Assembly: GCA_021613535.1 (NCBI GenBank)
Contig: CP075495.1
Location: forward strand, 14,942,001 to 15,006,000
Reading direction: 5' to 3'
Length of the DNA stretch: 64,000 nucleotides
Source of the DNA: Adineta vaga
Lineage: Eukaryota > Animalia > Rotifera
Both the position numbers and the translations under genes were made by a program. Below the pieces are notes generated by a model, which worked only from the letters and a program-made list of their open reading frames with translations, was not told the DNA's origin and ran no database searches. This document shows, piece after piece, positions 61,374 through 64,000 of this stretch. Position 1 is the stretch's first letter. Each line of letters begins with the position of its first letter.

Positions 61374-62342
61374 TTATAATGTTGCTATCGCTGTTCCTGC
61401 AATTGTTGCTCCCACAGCATTATGACGTTGTGGACAATGAAGTAATGTTTTGATCCATTTGAGAAGTTCAGGCAGTAAGCCGATACATACCCAAGGAAGG
61501 AAAAGACAAACGATATAGATCATATCAAGAAAATAGGCTGTTTGAATTTCTGCAAGAAATGTTGGATAACCAAGAATTTGAACAACTCCAACAATAAGAC
61601 ATGGTGACCATGCAGCTAAATAAAGACTTGAAATATAGAATAATTGTATAGTCATGCGTCGCTGTTGTTTCCATGTTACTGGTCGATTTTGTCGACGTTT
61701 CTGTTGTATGACTCGAACAACTAGTAGGATATTTGCTAGTGCATTAACAACCATTGGTAAACCATTATTTATTGACCAATCAAGTGTTCCAAAAACTTTA
61801 TTTGAAATTAAATAACAATCAGCAAAACCACAGAGATTGCTTGTATAATCCCATTGTGTTCCATCACATGGATAAAAAATAATTGCAAACAAATAGAAAA
61901 TCATCGGATAAACAAGACAAAAAAGTAATGGAATGTGATGAAGAGTGATACGTATCCAACGAATATTCATAACATGACCATTGAATACAAGCATATGTCG
62001 TTGAATTGAGATGGTTGCCATGAGATATTCACTTGTAACATAAAATGTAAATTCAATAAAAGTCCACCAAGTACAGTACATATGTGTAGCTGGCTCGACA
62101 TAACCATGACTGTAAAAACGAAGATTGAGTGGAAGAGTGATTGTCAATTGCATAAAGTTAACAATTAATAAGATTAATAAAGCACGATTATGTGGTGCTT
62201 GTCGAATAGTAGGATTTTTGATAAAAAAGTAAAAGATGAAAAGAGAAAGAATAAATGCTGGAATTTGTAAAACGAGTAAAATAGAAAATTTAGTTCGATG
62301 TAGGACTAGTTTTGTATCGACGAATGTTTCTATGTCATCCAT
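61374..62342 (-). CDS. Orphan class A GPCR
   Basis: 7TM; SIQRH; CTWW; WKQQRRMTIQL; LPWVCIG; intronless. Confidence 0.85.
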   Translation of the reverse strand: MDDIETFVDTKLVLHRTKFSILLVLQIPAFILSLFIFYFFIKNPTIRQAPHNRALLILLIVNFMQLTITLPLNLRFYSHGYVEPATHMYCTWWTFIEFTFYVTSEYLMATISIQRHMLVFNGHVMNIRWIRITLHHIPLLFCLVYPMIFYLFAIIFYPCDGTQWDYTSNLCGFADCYLISNKVFGTLDWSINNGLPMVVNALANILLVVRVIQQKRRQNRPVTWKQQRRMTIQLFYISSLYLAAWSPCLIVGVVQILGYPTFLAEIQTAYFLDMIYIVCLFLPWVCIGLLPELLKWIKTLLHCPQRHNAVGATIAGTAIATL

Positions 62343-64000
62343 ATTGTTGTTTACAAGAAGAGAATGATGAATCAAATGAATATAATAGATCATTGAGGGT
62401 ATCTATTTTAGTGATACCATGCAGAAATAGTTGTTAACGGTAAGAGTTTGTTTTGAATAGAAATGTATAGATAATGTCGGCTCGCATCAAACTCATTTAC
62501 TCTTATTCATTGTGCTGATGCTATATTCATGAGGCGAAAGATGTTCCGCTTTTGTTAGAAATGAGAAGAAAAGTGGAAGATGGTTCATTTTTACCAGGAG
62601 AGAAAAAACTATCATCTGACTGTATTTCTATATCTGTTTAAAGCTATATTAATTGAAATCATTTTCTAAGAATTGTGACACTTTTTTATTGAGTTTTTTG
62701 TATTTGCGCATTTAAATTTCAAGATGTCAATCTCTCGAGGAGACAATATTTTTATAATTATCATTCAAAACTGAGTAAAGTTCTTGGTTTCCGGATGTTA
62801 ACAAGAGCTATTCAATATATTCTCAGAATCGTTGCCACGTTACTGTTTAACAAATATTTTTCGATTTCAAGATTTAACTATAGAAATATGTTAATAATTG
62901 TTACCAAATATTCCAATACAGAACAAATATATCAATGCTTTTTTTGTCGTCCTCTTTCATCGTATGATAAATTTAATCAGATAGAAAATACAAAAAAAAA
63001 CAACCTACCGCTTTATGCTTTTCGTAATTGCCTTTCTTTTTGTCAGATTATTGCTGATCTCAATGTTAAAACGAAATCTTTTTTCTTTCTACTAAATCAA
63101 GTTCATGTCCGAATATGCAATGAATGTCCTCTTTTGTGATTAAAAGAATGAGACAAGAGCTTTAAGAACATAATAATCTTGCCTCATCAGCTTCGATTTT
63201 GTGTACAAAAATAGCACAAGATTCAGTTCTTCCGGCAAGAATTTTCTCTGAACAATAAGAAAATTAAAATCTGGCTCGAACGTCGAGTAGTAAACATGTA
63301 CCTTTTTTATTTAAATATACACTGTAAAAATGAGCCACAAGAGAAGGCCAATTAGCATAATAATTCGTACACGGCAAAACAACGGAAATCGTAATAACCA
63401 GTAGCACGCAGTAGATATGAGACTGATCGAATAATTTTATTGACTGTGCAAATGAAGATAGAATCGAAAAAGTTATATAAGAGGCATCCGATGAATCCAA
63501 TGACGAAAGAAAAAAGCAGATATTTCTCTTATAATGAGGAACAGTCGATTTGTCCATGTGTTGACAAAAATTACTTTTTTGTAATAATGAAGAAACGCTC
63601 AAAACGGTCAAAAGTTAATGATATAGAAGCAGATTTTAATATTGGATCAGAAAAAACTTCCAGATCTGTATTAAACGTTTTGAAAAATCTATAGTACGTA
63701 TTTCGGTAAGAAGGATGTGGGTGTAGATGTCGATGAAGACACAGTAAGAGCAAACCACACCAACACTCATACTCTTATCCTCATCCACACCCGTTCGTTC
63801 ATTCATTTACATGTTATTCTTTTCAAAATATGTTTCCTATATTTAGAGTTTATATTTTTGATTAATAAATATAAATGAGTAGTGCTCTCATCGGACTTTG
63901 TTTCTCATGTATCATCAAGTTATTCATTTGATATAATTGTAGAAAACAATCTCTTTTATTTTTATCTTGTTTATTTGATAAATCAGTGAAATAAGTAAGC

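Noticed and set aside
62780-63700. Short overlapping ORFs near the right end
   Set aside because: No consistent frame, splice structure or motif; may be a decayed gene or TE.
1-64000. CRISPR arrays, rRNA, tRNA, autonomous transposase or reverse transcriptase genes
   Set aside because: None seen by eye; the sequence is eukaryotic with spliceosomal introns. tRNAscan/Infernal were not run, so small ncRNAs cannot be excluded.

Overview
AT-rich, gene-dense eukaryotic DNA with many short (about 55-65 nt) GT-AG introns. The gene repertoire (intronless orphan GPCRs, F-box/LRR genes, ART+TPR genes, a pentapeptide-repeat gene, several non-metazoan-looking enzymes) strongly suggests a bdelloid rotifer (Adineta/Rotaria-like); this is inferred from gene content. 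I reconstructed spliced models by hand. Conventional genes: MOG1/RANGRF, a GPI-type MMP, RNF34/RFFL-like E3, UBE2D-like E2, a TM RING-H2 E3, two F-box/LRR genes, four GPCRs. Probable foreign genes: EGF-GH43, membrane-anchored S1/P1 nuclease, pentapeptide repeat, fungal-like AIM24. Most notable: (1) a head-to-head pair of NEURL4-type ADP-ribosyltransferase (ART) genes, one soluble with YHGT intact and one a single-pass membrane protein with all three H-Y-E positions replaced; (2) two divergently oriented paralogs fusing an ERICH3/DUF4590-like domain to a degenerate ART domain and TPRs, flanking RNF34; (3) a small ORF only 72 nt upstream of MOG1 (operon-like); (4) a VAP/MSP-like gene nested antisense in an MMP intron; (5) two CCCAGG-terminated MITEs with 2-bp TSDs, each interrupting a coiled-coil ORF; (6) a duplicated 77-aa micro-gene under purifying selection with a CRE-containing promoter. 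Family assignments come from motif recognition only; no searches were run.
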